Shown here: positions 50,573 through 61,630 of the stretch, one piece after another | Numbering within the stretch: the stretch's first letter is position 1 | How the letters are laid out: every line of letters begins with the position of its first letter | NCBI RefSeq assembly: GCF_963921235.1 | Contig: NC_086097.1 | Location: forward strand, 184,204,001 to 184,268,000 | Length of the DNA stretch: 64,000 nt | DNA from: Mobula hypostoma | Taxonomy: Eukaryota | Direction: 5' to 3' | The notes under the pieces: model-generated | The model's database searches: none | What the model was told of the DNA's origin: nothing | The model's input: the letters and a program-made list of their open reading frames with translations, nothing else | Program-made: the position numbers and the translations under genes

Positions 50573-51722
50573 TGTGTTCACCAAATTAAGTCTTTCACAG
50601 GAAGGTAAACCCAGAATTGACTGTACATTTTTTGGCACGACCACAAATGAAAGCGTATGCACAATATTTTTGTGTGATACCTTTGCCACGCATGTTCCTA
50701 TAACTGGAATGTTTGCACCTGAATACCCAGTCACTTTTATATTTGTCTGATGTAACTTTGGTCTAGTCTTTAAAGCACTAAACTCAGATTCTGCAAGAAC
50801 ATTTACTTGTGCTCCAGTATCAAGTTTAAACAGATTATTGTTTTGATTCACTTGCAATGGAATAGTCTAGTCATTCGTACTTTGTTTATTTTCACAAAGC
50901 ACATCTATTTAAAATTCCTCATGTTCATCTTCAAGCACAGCATTTACTTGTTTCATTTTATTTTCCTTCTTTCTACTTTTACAACAGCATGAAAAACGAT
51001 TAATCTTACCGCAGCCATTGGAAATTTTGCCATATGCGGGACACTGATTTGGATGATGTTCCTGCGCACAGCGATCAAAAGACTTTTTTCTTTCCAGTGC
51101 CGTCTTGCTCTCTGTCGGTTTTGTCGAAGTATTATTATATTTCTTGATGTATTCGCACTTTTTTTTTACAGTGTTTACATTGCAGTTTTCGACAAAAAGC
51201 TCTTCAGCCTGCAACGTCACGGTCTTAGAAGCTTTGCAAAGTGCCAGAGCTTTTTCAAAATTTAAATCTTGCTCTCTCAACAGCCTTTCTCTCAGAGCAT
51301 TATCTCAAATGCCATAAACAAGTCTATCTTTAATGAGAGAGTCCGTGAGCAATCCAAACTCACATGTTCTACTACGCTTTCATAACTCGGTAACTTACCG
51401 ATCAATTGTTTCAGCGGCTCTCTCACACATGTGAAGAATTTATATCGCTCATACGTCAAATTAAGCTTAGGTATACAAAATACTTCAAATCTGTCCATTA
51501 TCAACTTTAAATTGAAATTATCTCCATCTTCAGAGACAATTATTATATACCTCTACTGCGTCATTCCGGATTACATGCAGCAAAAGCGCAGCTTTGTTTT
51601 TCCGATTTTTATTCATAATCAATCGCTGATAAGTACAGTTCAAACTGTTGCTTGAATATCCTCCAATTCTCAGCTACATTGCCAGTCAGCTGAAGTTTTG
51701 GTGGGGGTTGTAATCCTTCCAT
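50573..51722 (-). pseudogene. Disrupted Gypsy gag and aspartic protease
   Basis: Frameshifted gag with degenerate Cys/His knuckles (RCAQEHHPNQCPAYGK..CGKINRF); catalytic DTG at ~50813-50821. Confidence 0.88.
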
Positions 51723-51817
51723 TTTACCGTTTACAGTTCGAACTTTTTTCTTTTTTTTCTATTATCTTCGACTCTTGATTCTCCTGTATTATTCTTCCAG
51801 AACTACTTCTGACAGCA

Positions 51818-52015
51818 TGTTATGTTACTTCTGTTTAAGCATACTGTGGGTTAACAGTAAAGAATCATATTCTGGAAGAATTAGAGAACTTTTATTTACA
51901 GTAATAAACAAACACGTCTTAACCCAGGTACGTGCTGGAACTTTCTGGCAATCCTGCACATACTCAGTGCTCTGTCTAATCATGAACTGGCACATCATTG
52001 TGCATGATATCACAA
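51818..52015 (-). repeat. 5' LTR
   Basis: Followed on the minus strand by PBS tgctgtcagaagt, one mismatch from TGGTGTCAGAAGT. Confidence 0.95.
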
Positions 52016-52175
52016 TAAACACAGGTCCTGCAGATGCTGGAAATCCTGAGGAACACACACAAATTGCTGGAAGAACTTACGATGGGTCTGGGTCTGAAAC
52101 ATCGGCTCCTTGTTCCTCTCCAGAGATGCTGCCTGATCTGCTGAGTTCCTCCAGCATTTTGTGTGTATTACTTTG
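52016..52175. mobile_element. Older short inverted PLE insert abutting the LTR
   Basis: ctgcagatgctggaaatc..acacacaaattgctggaagaact followed by inverted agttcctccagcattttgtgtgt. Confidence 0.7.
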
Positions 52176-52709
52176 GAGGTGAGGGAGAGTGTAGTTGTTT
52201 GGTGGTGGTGGTGGGGTGACATAACTGTTTATCATCTCCACTGTGGTCCAATACCCTGATAGAGAGCTTGTGTCATGCATATCCTCTTGCTTATGCAAGG
52301 TGCAGGATAATCAGTGAGGCAGGGGTCACAGTAATGATGCTCTGAGGTACAGTACATTAAACAATGAGACTGCAGTCGTGAAAGAGCAAGAGAAAATGAT
52401 TGCACATACAGTATAGTCAACCCATCGGAATATGGGTCCAGCAGACTTTGTATGAAAAACATTTGAAGACAGAATGGACATCCATTTTGTTCATACGTGT
52501 GTAAAATCAGACTTGATTGTATCGTTCCTGCCTGGATCTGGCCAGTTCAAGGTTGCATTTTCATCCAGAAGTATCAGTAACCTGATTAACTTCAGATAAA
52601 ATCGATCTTGGATCACATAGTACTGAAGAAATGTGCTCATAGCTTGTTAAGCAGCCTCATGTGTGGCAGCTTGTCAAATAGTGCAAAGAAAAGGAGTAGT
52701 ATGGTAGTG

Positions 52710-52868
52710 AATTTAAACGCAAACAACAGGAATTCTGCAGATGCTGGAAATTCAAGCAACATACATCAAAGTTGCTGGTGAACGAAGGGTCTCGGCCTGA
52801 AACGTCGACTGCGCCTCTTCCTATAGATGCTGCCTGGCCTGCTGCGTTCACCAGCAACTTTGATGTAT
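52710..52868. mobile_element. Young short inverted PLE insert
   Basis: 14-bp TSD gtagtatggtagtg at 52696-52709 and 52869-52882. Confidence 0.9.
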
Positions 52869-52882
52869 GTAGTATGGTAGTG

Positions 52883-53595
52883 TTGGTATGTTCATGGACT
52901 GTTCATTAAACTGATGACAGAGGGGAGGAAGCTGGTATTGAAGTGAGGGTCTTAAGGCTCCTCTACTTCCTCCTTGATTGTGGTAAGGAGAAGAGGGCAT
53001 GTCCCCAGTGGTGAGTATCTTAGTGATAGTGCCTTCTTGATGAACCACCTTCTAAAGATTTCTTTCATGGCAGAGAGGTTTTTGCCCTCTGCAGCCTTTC
53101 GCAAACCTGTGCATTGGAGTGTCCATACCAGGCTGTGATGCAATCGGTCAGATTTCTCTCAATCATACGTCTCGAAGTATGTAAATGTCTTTGATAATAT
53201 ACCAAATGTCCTCAAATTCCTAATGAAGTGGATGTGCTGATGTGCCGCCTTCATGACTGTATCAATGTGTCAGGCCCAGGAAAATTTCTCTGAGATATTG
53301 ATGCCCTCTCTATCACTGACTATTCAATGAGGACTGCTGATTGTCTCCCAGTGTTTGGTTCATGAAGTCCATGGTCAATTCCTTGGTCTCGCTGATGTTG
53401 AGTTTGAGGTTCACTCTTGTAAACTTCCTCTTCTCTATCTGAGATTCTGCCAACAATAATGGTGTCATCAGTGAACTTGTAGATGATATTTGAGCAGTGC
53501 TTAGCCAGCAGCCACGAGTGTAGAGCCTGTGTATCCTTGAGGTGTGCCTGAGTTTGATTATCAGCGAGGAGACGATGCTACTGCTGATCTGCGTT
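52883..53595 (-). mobile_element. Degenerate Rex1/Babar-like LINE
   Basis: LNISETKELTMDF motif; same layout as other copies. Confidence 0.75.
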
Positions 53596-54428
53596 GTTTC
53601 TGTTCTCTGTATTGGATTTGAGTTGAGCAGTGTTACAAACCTGTGAGTGAGGAACTTGTGTGGTGATGAGAGCGAGTCATACCTCAGATAATTTGTGCCA
53701 TACTCAGCAAAATCTCGATCCAAAGTAGCTTTTATGTCACTAAAGTTCTAGGTAATAACCAACACCAGTAATTTATGACATTCATTGGCATTCTCATCAA
53801 TAAATTCCCCTATCCTCAATTTTTTAAATCATCAATGGACAGAATCATTACTGGTCTAGCTTCATAAAGTGGCTGCAAGAGCATAGCAGGGATCATGTAT
53901 TCCATGATGAGCAACTCATCTTTAGAATACCTTCCCCAATCAGCTCACTAAAGTCTGCATATTGCCAAAGTTTATAAGGAGGATAATGGAATTTTATTTT
54001 TCAGCATCTAGAAAAATGGGAACAACAAGTCTCATACTTGTTCAACGTCATCTCAACTCACTAAGAAATATATCATAGTTCAACATGATTGGACCAAATT
54101 CTGAAACACCCCACCCAACCATATTGTTGGAGTATCTTCAAGAAGTGTCTCACCATCTCCTCCTTAAGAGCTGTTCGGTATAGATAGTAACTTTTGGCCT
54201 TGGCAGTGACATTCATGTCCCATAATTCAATGTGTAAAATACTGGATGGCAGCCTAGATTACAAATGGAAATAATCTAGAGAAATGAGAATCTTCCACCT
54301 CATTAATGTTGTCAAGAAGCAACAAGTTAAATGTACTAATTTTTCAAATATTTTAATTGTTTCTTTAGAAAGAAACCTTTGATTGAAATACTTTTTAAAT
54401 TTATAGATGGTCTGCTGCAATACCAATA

Positions 54429-54489
54429 ATGGGAAGGAAGGACGCTAGCACCTCTAAAATTCCAATTGATCACTACCGGAAACAAATTG
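54429..54489 (+). CDS. TRIQK: TRIQK first coding exon (exon 54407-54489); later exons not found in this window
   Basis: MGRKDASTSKIPIDHYRKQI-G versus recalled human MGRKDAATIKLPVDQYRKQIG. Acceptor ttttaaatttatag| at 54406 and phase-1 donor G|GTAGGT at 54490. Confidence 0.92.
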
Positions 54490-54596
54490 GTAGGTACAGA
54501 TATATTGGTGCTTTCATAAAGCTTCCTCTTCTTTGATTATTTCTGCTGTGTCAAGGAATAAAAGTTGCTGTTGTAATATGAATGGATGGGTGGAGT

Positions 54597-55178
54597 ACAC
54601 ATCCACCATAAGTGGGACTTCCGAGTGGCCAAATATTTTAACTCTGATTTCCATTCTGGTTCCAACATGTCGGTCCATGGCCTCCTCTTGTGCTAAGATG
54701 AGGCCGCCCTTGGGATAGAGGAGCACCACTTTGTATAACGTCTGGATATCCTCCAATCTGATGGCATGTATATCGGTTTCTCCTTTCAGTAAACAAATTT
54801 CCAGCCCACCCCCCTTTCTCTATTCCCCACTCTGATCTTTTACCTCTTCTCATCTGCCTATCACTTCCCCCTGGGCTTCCTCCTCCTTCCCTTTCTCTTA
54901 TAGTCCTTTCTCCTCTCCTATCAGATTCCTTCTTCTCCAGCCCTTGACCTTTCCCACCCTCCTGGCTTTACCTATCACCTTCCAGCTAGCCTCCTTCCCC
55001 ACCCACTCATCTTTTTAGTCTGGCATCTTTCCCCTTTGTTTTCAGCCATGAAAAAGGGTCTTGGCCTGAAAAATCAACTGTTAATTAATTTCCATAGATG
55101 CGGCCTTACCTGCTGAGTTCCTCCAGCATTTTGTGTGTGATGCTTTGGATTTCCAGCATCTGCAGAATATCTTGTGTC
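54597..55178 (+). mobile_element. Older PLE 3' fragment
   Basis: GIY-YIG C-terminal remnant, pyrimidine tract, degenerate hammerhead and family terminus. Confidence 0.85.
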
Positions 55179-55277
55179 CACATATTCCATATTGGTCACG
55201 ACATAATCTGAACCAGCTCAGAGAACAATCTAATCCCTCACTAATTTTCCCTTTAACCTACTTTTCACACCTCAGAT

Positions 55278-56097
55278 GGTTCAATTTAATTTCAGAGAAA
55301 GTATTCAGTTTACAATCTGAAATTCTTACTCTTCGCAGACATCCACAAAAGAAGAAACCCCATAGAATGAATAATAGGAACTTCAAAACCCCGAAGCCCT
55401 CCTCCCTCTCCCACCGCACAAGCAACAACAGAAGCATCAATACCCCCCCAACCTTGCGCCAGAAGAAACACTGATACCCCCACCCCCCCTCCACACAAGA
55501 GACCTTGATCTAGAGTTCATCAAAAACTGCAGTCCTTAACCCATCACTTCAGTATCTCAGACAGGCTCTCCCCCATCGAGGGAGAAAGTGGTCATTCTCC
55601 TGCAGCAGCGAAAGCAAAGACTTGCTGTTCCAATGTTACAATCTTCCACATCACCTCTCCAAGCAACCTCACCCCCCCCACCCACCCCCAACCCGAAGAC
55701 CAACAGGCTGTCACTCGCCATCGAGAGAGAGAGGGAGGAATCGCTCAAGTACAGAGGCCTTCTTCTGACAGCAGCATGTACCGCCTGCTGTCTTGATGTT
55801 TCAGTCCCCCATGACGCTTCAGTCAGTGAAAGCAGCGAGGAGCTGGGTTGCCTATGGATGCGCTCCCTGACGGCACACGTCTGCCAAGCCGTTCCTGGAG
55901 ATAGTGAAGCGCCAGGCCACACAGCCAGTGTGAAGACCCACCACTTCCAAATAACCATAGTTTGAGCTGTAGATCACAGACTCTTGACAGAACCCTGACA
56001 TCTTGAAAAGAAAAGAAAGACATAAGAGAAGAAGAAGCTGTTCTGTGGTTGAACTGGAAGAAGTCACCTTGTGCTGCAAAAACCACCAGTGCCATCT
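55278..56097 (-). mobile_element. Unclassified interspersed repeat, likely a non-autonomous retroelement
   Basis: GC-richer block starting aagatggcac on the minus strand and ending in an AT-rich tail; no convincing protein motif. Confidence 0.4.
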
Positions 56098-56169
56098 TTC
56101 TTAGCTCCCTCTTACAGTTTCCACCAACCCTCCTCACCCACCAACTCTCTTCACCCAGATTTGACCAGG

Positions 56170-56342
56170 GGCACATTAGAATAGTCAATTCACTTACTAA
56201 AGCCTGTGGAAGAAGCCCAAAGCAGCCTGAGGAAACCCATGCACCTACAGGAGGAACATGTAAACTCCACGCAGACACTACCAGAAGTCAGGATTGAGCC
56301 CAGGTAACTGTTGCTGTTGGACAGTCACTCTACTAACTGCCT
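56170..56342 (-). mobile_element. tRNA-derived SINE fragment
   Basis: gaggaaacccatgca..ggaggaacatgtaaactcc..ggattgagccc is the reverse complement of the SINE core and B box. Confidence 0.7.
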
Positions 56343-57544
56343 CTTATTTGGGTGCTGTGCTTTCTCAAAGCAATATGTGTGCTGCGATACTTCAGGTTGA
56401 ATGCATTTTCTAAAGTATATTCATCCTCAGTTCTTGAATTATTAAATATAATATTGCTAAAAAAAATAGTCTGGTCTATCCCGGTTTTGTGCATTTAAAC
56501 AGTATTCCTTGCCTCTACTTCACAAACTTTAATTTCCCACTAACCATTTTTTTTTCTCTGCATAGGAAGAAAAGTAATTTTAAATTGAAATTTTTTTCCT
56601 GTCAGATCAGGTATTGTACTTCAATATCTAAGAGCAAAAGCATTAAAAGCATTCAAAGTACTTACACAGCCACAAATACAAATGGCTGATATTAGCCAGC
56701 CTCAGTTGTCCTCAGCTTATGATGTATACCAGACAGGGATTTTGGCTCAATAGCTCCTTCTCCAAAGAATACAAATTCCAATTTAGTCTCACCAAAGCTG
56801 CGGCAATTAGATTTACTTACCTCTGCAATTTAATAATTGTTTTTATTTGCAAAAATGGCACAAGTATAAATATAAACACAGAAGCATGATTGGCCATTCA
56901 ATCTTGTCCTCGCCTCACACATCCCTAATTTTCTCTATTCCACCTCTGCAGGTGGTGACTCGAACCATTATATGGTTTCATTAACATTGGCAGCTTTCTG
57001 GTACTGATCCAAGTATATGCGAGTTAGACAGCAAGTGCCAACAAGCAATTCTGTAGAACGCATCATATCAGAGACTGATCCTCTGCTTGTTCAACATCCA
57101 AATATGCACGATGCAGCAGGTGTCACAGAGCAGTAGTCTGAAATTAGAAACCTGGATGGTATTCCCAGAGGCAAGGGAGTCAGAAACTAATTACGCCACA
57201 CCATTGCTGCCCTGATTTTATGAGATAATTTGAAACAGTATTATTTAATATCAGCTGTATGAGTAAAATTGAAGAATCAGCTATTCAGAAGGCTAGTTTG
57301 TTCATTGAATGAGAACTAGAATTTGCTATCAGGTTAGCTGGTTCTCAATTGTTATACTGCTTGATTTTAGTAATTTTGTTGTTATGATTTTGTTAGTTAA
57401 AGTGAGGTTAGACAAGTGCAGCTTGTGCTACATTCCTGTTGATAAACATCTGGATTTTGATAAAATGGTTATCTGGTAGGAATCTCCTGCTATGTATGCA
57501 GCTAACGGGGATAGAATAAAATGCAATTTCCTTCTCTCAGTTCT

Positions 57545-58230
57545 TGTTTCTCTGTCACATCTGTCTTCAGGATGAGGCTTTCCATTCCAGAGCATTGAAG
57601 ATATCTTCTTTTCCAAAGAACAAAGCTTTTCTCCACTACCATCTACATTTCTCGCATGTCTACCTCACCCCATCCTCCTGGCACCATAGCATTCCCCTTT
57701 TGCTTACCTACCACCCCACCAGCCACTGTGTTCAGTACGTTCCCGTTCCCCTTCCCATTCCCATTCAAATATGTCTGTCTATGGCCTCTTCTACTACCAT
57801 GATGAGGCCACCTCGTATTTCATCTGGGTACCTCCAACCTGATGACATAAACATTGATTTCCCCTTCTGGTTTCAAAAAAAAAGAATCCCACCTTCTTCC
57901 CTTTTCTTCTATTCCCCACTCTGGCCTCTTACCTCTTCTCACTTGCCTATCACCTCTTCCAATGCTCCTGCTCTTTCCCTTTCTCCTACTGTCCAGTGTC
58001 CTCTGCTATCTTGATTCCTTTCTCTCCAGCCCTCTACCTTACCCACCTGGTTTTACCTATCACTTTTTAGCAATATTCCTTCTCCTCCTCCCCCCACTTT
58101 TTCTATTCTGGTGTCTTTCCCTTTACTGTCATGTCAAGAAGAAAGATCTTGGCCCAGTATGTCGACTGTTTATTTTTTTTCTATAGATGTTTTCTGACCT
58201 GCTGAGTTCTTCCAGCATTTTGTGTGTGTT
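57545..58230 (+). mobile_element. Older internally deleted PLE fragment
   Basis: HICLQDEAFHSR remnant, GIY-YIG end and family terminus. Confidence 0.8.
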
Positions 58231-61200
58231 GGTTGCATCACTGTCTGGTATGGAGGGGGCACTGCACAGGATCAGAAAAAAGCTGCAGAAAGTTGTAAGC
58301 CATGCCAAGAAAGAAAATGTTAACGCTATGATGTAATTCATCTGGGAGCCAATATAGCTCAGCAAAATGAAGAATGATTTTCAAGTGGGTAGTTGTTGTG
58401 TCAAAACAAGGACAACAAACTTGTGAACTTCTTTGGTTTTATAAAGTGTAGACTAAAGAGGCCAGTATAGAGTAGAATAAAGATATTATGTGGCTGATCA
58501 AGTCAAGAAATAACAAAGGTACAGGTGAGTATTTCAGCAACAGATGAGCTGAGGCAGCAGTGAAACTCTCTTGAAATATTAAGTAGAAGTAGGCAGAATC
58601 AGTTTTGACATGTTCAAAACTCAACTTGGAGTGGTGTGAGTGAAATCAAGATGGAAACAGTTGGGTTGAGTTTGAGATGTTGTTGGGAGGGGGTTGGAAT
58701 TAGTGAACAGGGTACTCAGTAATCAACAAACCATGCAATCACAATTGTTTAAGGGCATTTTGTTTTCCGTGCATAAATTTAAAGAAACGTTCACCATATT
58801 CTCATTGACTGAGAACAGTTTCATGAAATCACAATAGGGAACAAAAACAGTTACAGCTTTTTCAAGACCCAACTCTTCTGCTTCACTTGTTAAGCTAACA
58901 CTGCCATAGAATTGACAATGTTTTTAATGGCAAGCTGCAACGAATTCAGCTTAAACTATGAAACTGTGAATACTATTTTATATTGTTTAATATGCAAATT
59001 CAGTATTTTTATCCTCAGGTTTTAAGCAGAGATTATGACCTTGTATTTTTCCACTTGGGTTGTTGCATTTTGCTGAAATATTGTTTAATCTCCTGAAAAG
59101 ACATGTAATATCTCAGAAGTAAATTCACTCTAAGAGAGAGGGTATACTGAGTAAGTTCAGTTACTATTATTTGAATACATTATATTTGAAGTTATTTATA
59201 TACAATAGTCATAAATTAAACTGAAATTTTACTTTATTCTTTAGGAAAGTAATTTGCAGATTTGTTTAGAAATTGTAAGGGTGGCTTTAGCCACTTGGGT
59301 TTTCATTAAAGGTTGTATTATGGGAAAAGAAAAAAACATTTTTAATTGAAATGGATCATTGAGAATTTTGTTTCTTAAACTTACAGAAAGGAAAAAGGCT
59401 AGAAATCAGTTGCTGCAGCACATATTTTTTTAACCAATGGTGATATCATCCTTGCATAACACTGATGGATCTCTGTGTGATAGATATGCAGTGTATGCAA
59501 TGCACATTGTAGGCCATGGACTTGGATGGACATTTGGAAAGCTGGCTTAGGCCTTGTACTGGTGTTTTTTTTATTATGTTTGTTGTGGAGCTATCGGAGA
59601 GGGTTCGGAATATTGGACTAAGAATAAGAGGTGAGGGTTTGAAGGCAAGTGCTTCTATGTACATCAAAAGAGGAATTCTGCAAAGAGGGCCCAATTTCCA
59701 GTTGTGTCTCGGATAGGCTGTGCGATCTGCAGCTGTGGCAACACTTGCAGCCTGGCCCCAGCACATCCACAGACTGATGGTTGTTGACATAAACAGCACA
59801 TTTCCTACCGTATGTTTTGATGACCGGTACTGTTCTAAGGTCTAGAGCTAGGGTCCCTAAAGCCTTTGTACAGTACTGTAGTAATTTTGTGTATTGCTGC
59901 TGCAAAAAAAAAACAAATTTCATGTCACTTGTGAGTGCTAATAAACCTGATTTTGATGTGGGTCTCTGATGTGGACTGAGACTGGGAAGGGGGCAGAGAG
60001 AGGGAATCATGGTTGGTAAAAAGGGAAGCACCAGAGAGACATTCTGTAATGATCAATAAAGCAATTGTTTGGAATCAAATTACCGTGACTGGTGTCTCAG
60101 GGCCTGGTGTGTCTGCAACCACCCTTCATAAAAGCTTAAGTAAAAAAAAGTGCTTGTATCTTTGGCCTACACCATGGTTGAGTAGGTGGTCAAAGTCTTG
60201 CTCTATAACCTTGTGAAACCAGTAAGATTTTTGAATACCAACACACACTTACAAAAATTTAAATCTCATTTGAACATTTAGTTTTCACTTTTGAATCACT
60301 GCTTACTGGATTATCTGCTTGAATTTAGAGAAAATGAAGATATTTTTCTTCATGATGTAAGTGGTTTGTTGCCAGATGTCATCTCAGCTTAATTGCCTTG
60401 CACAGATTGACACACTGTTTTGGATTATGAATTGCTTTTATGAACCCTAAATTCAAGGAATTTTCACTGCTTGCTCCAATTTCATTTACTCAGTATGGGA
60501 ATAATATTATATTTGACCCACTTCAAATATTTCTACTTGGTAGATGGACTTGGATGTTCAGAGGCAGCAGAAAAGTTGCTGTGACTGGCTGTGCTTTCAA
60601 TCTGAAATGGCCCACTAATTCCAGAGTAACAGGTAGCAAGATTGGGGGGACTGGGAAAGAGAAGAGATATTTCTTTGCATTGTTGAATATTCAACTAATC
60701 CAATGTCTTTAGATTAATTGAATCTGATAGAATAGAGAGAGGGAGAGGGTAAAAGAAACTGCTGGGTTCTGGGAAATATCTGCTGTGGGAGCTGTTGGAC
60801 CACATTGAAGTTTCTGTTAAAAGAGGAGATCCTGTATTTAAATTTTAAAATAAGAAACTTTGATGTCAGATTGAAGATGCACATATTTTGACTCGTGTAA
60901 TGACTTTAAGTTGTTCTGTTCTAAAGTGTATTTCCATAATGTGAATTGGTTATAACATGATTGATGGATTAGGAAATATTACTGGTATTACGTAGGCCTT
61001 ATTAGTTGTATCGCAATCTGTTTATATCTGTGCTGTGAAAGGAACTACAGATCATTCTGCTGATAATGGGACTTCGTATAATACAAGGTTTCTTATGAAT
61101 GCAACTATTGAGTTACAGCAGAATTACTTGTATTTGGGAAATAACTCATTGCAAACAGATTTACATTAACAGCCATTCCAATCTGTTGCTAGTACTCTTC

Positions 61201-61254
61201 CGAAGTAGCTTCTCTTTCTGTGAGGTGGTTGTTGGCTATTAGAAGAGCCAACAC

Positions 61255-61630
61255 ATCTTACCTGCTTATCATCTCCCTCTACTGCTCCTCCCCCTCCCGT
61301 TTCTTCTGTCCTCTCCTATTAGATTCCCCTTTCTCCAGCCCTTTATCTCTTTCACCAATCAACTTCCCAGCTCTTCACTTCAAACCCTCCCCCTCTCCCA
61401 GTTTCACCAATCACCTTCCAACTTGTACTTCTTCCTCCCCTCCACCCACCTTCTTATTCTGACTTTTCCCCTTCCTTTTCAGTCCTGATGAAGGGTCTTG
61501 GCCTGAAATGTTGGCTGTTTACTCTTTTCTAGTCCTGATGAGTGGTCTCAGCCCAAAACGTTGACTGTACTCTTTTCCATAGATGCTGCCTGGCCTGCTG
61601 AGTTCCTCCTGCATTTTGTGTGTGTTACTG
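61255..61630 (+). mobile_element. PLE 3' fragment with tandemly duplicated hammerhead motif
   Basis: agtcctgatga at 61481 and at 61531. Confidence 0.8.

Larger units (their letters stand above)
49724..52015 (-). mobile_element. Internally deleted Gypsy LTR retrotransposon carrying captured host cDNA
   Basis: LTRs 49724-49919 and 51818-52015 (TG..CA ends); TSD (a)taaa; tRNA-Leu-type PBS 51805-51817; PPT 49920-49932; gag start MEGLQPPPKLQLTGNVAENW at 51722; protease LFKLDTGAQVNV; integrase tail RSYMVQTEEGAVLRKNR. Confidence 0.95.

Noticed and set aside
55133..56297. Overlapping 110-150 aa ORFs as a protein-coding gene
   Set aside because: Low-complexity, present on both strands, no known motif; consistent with GC-richer repeat sequence.
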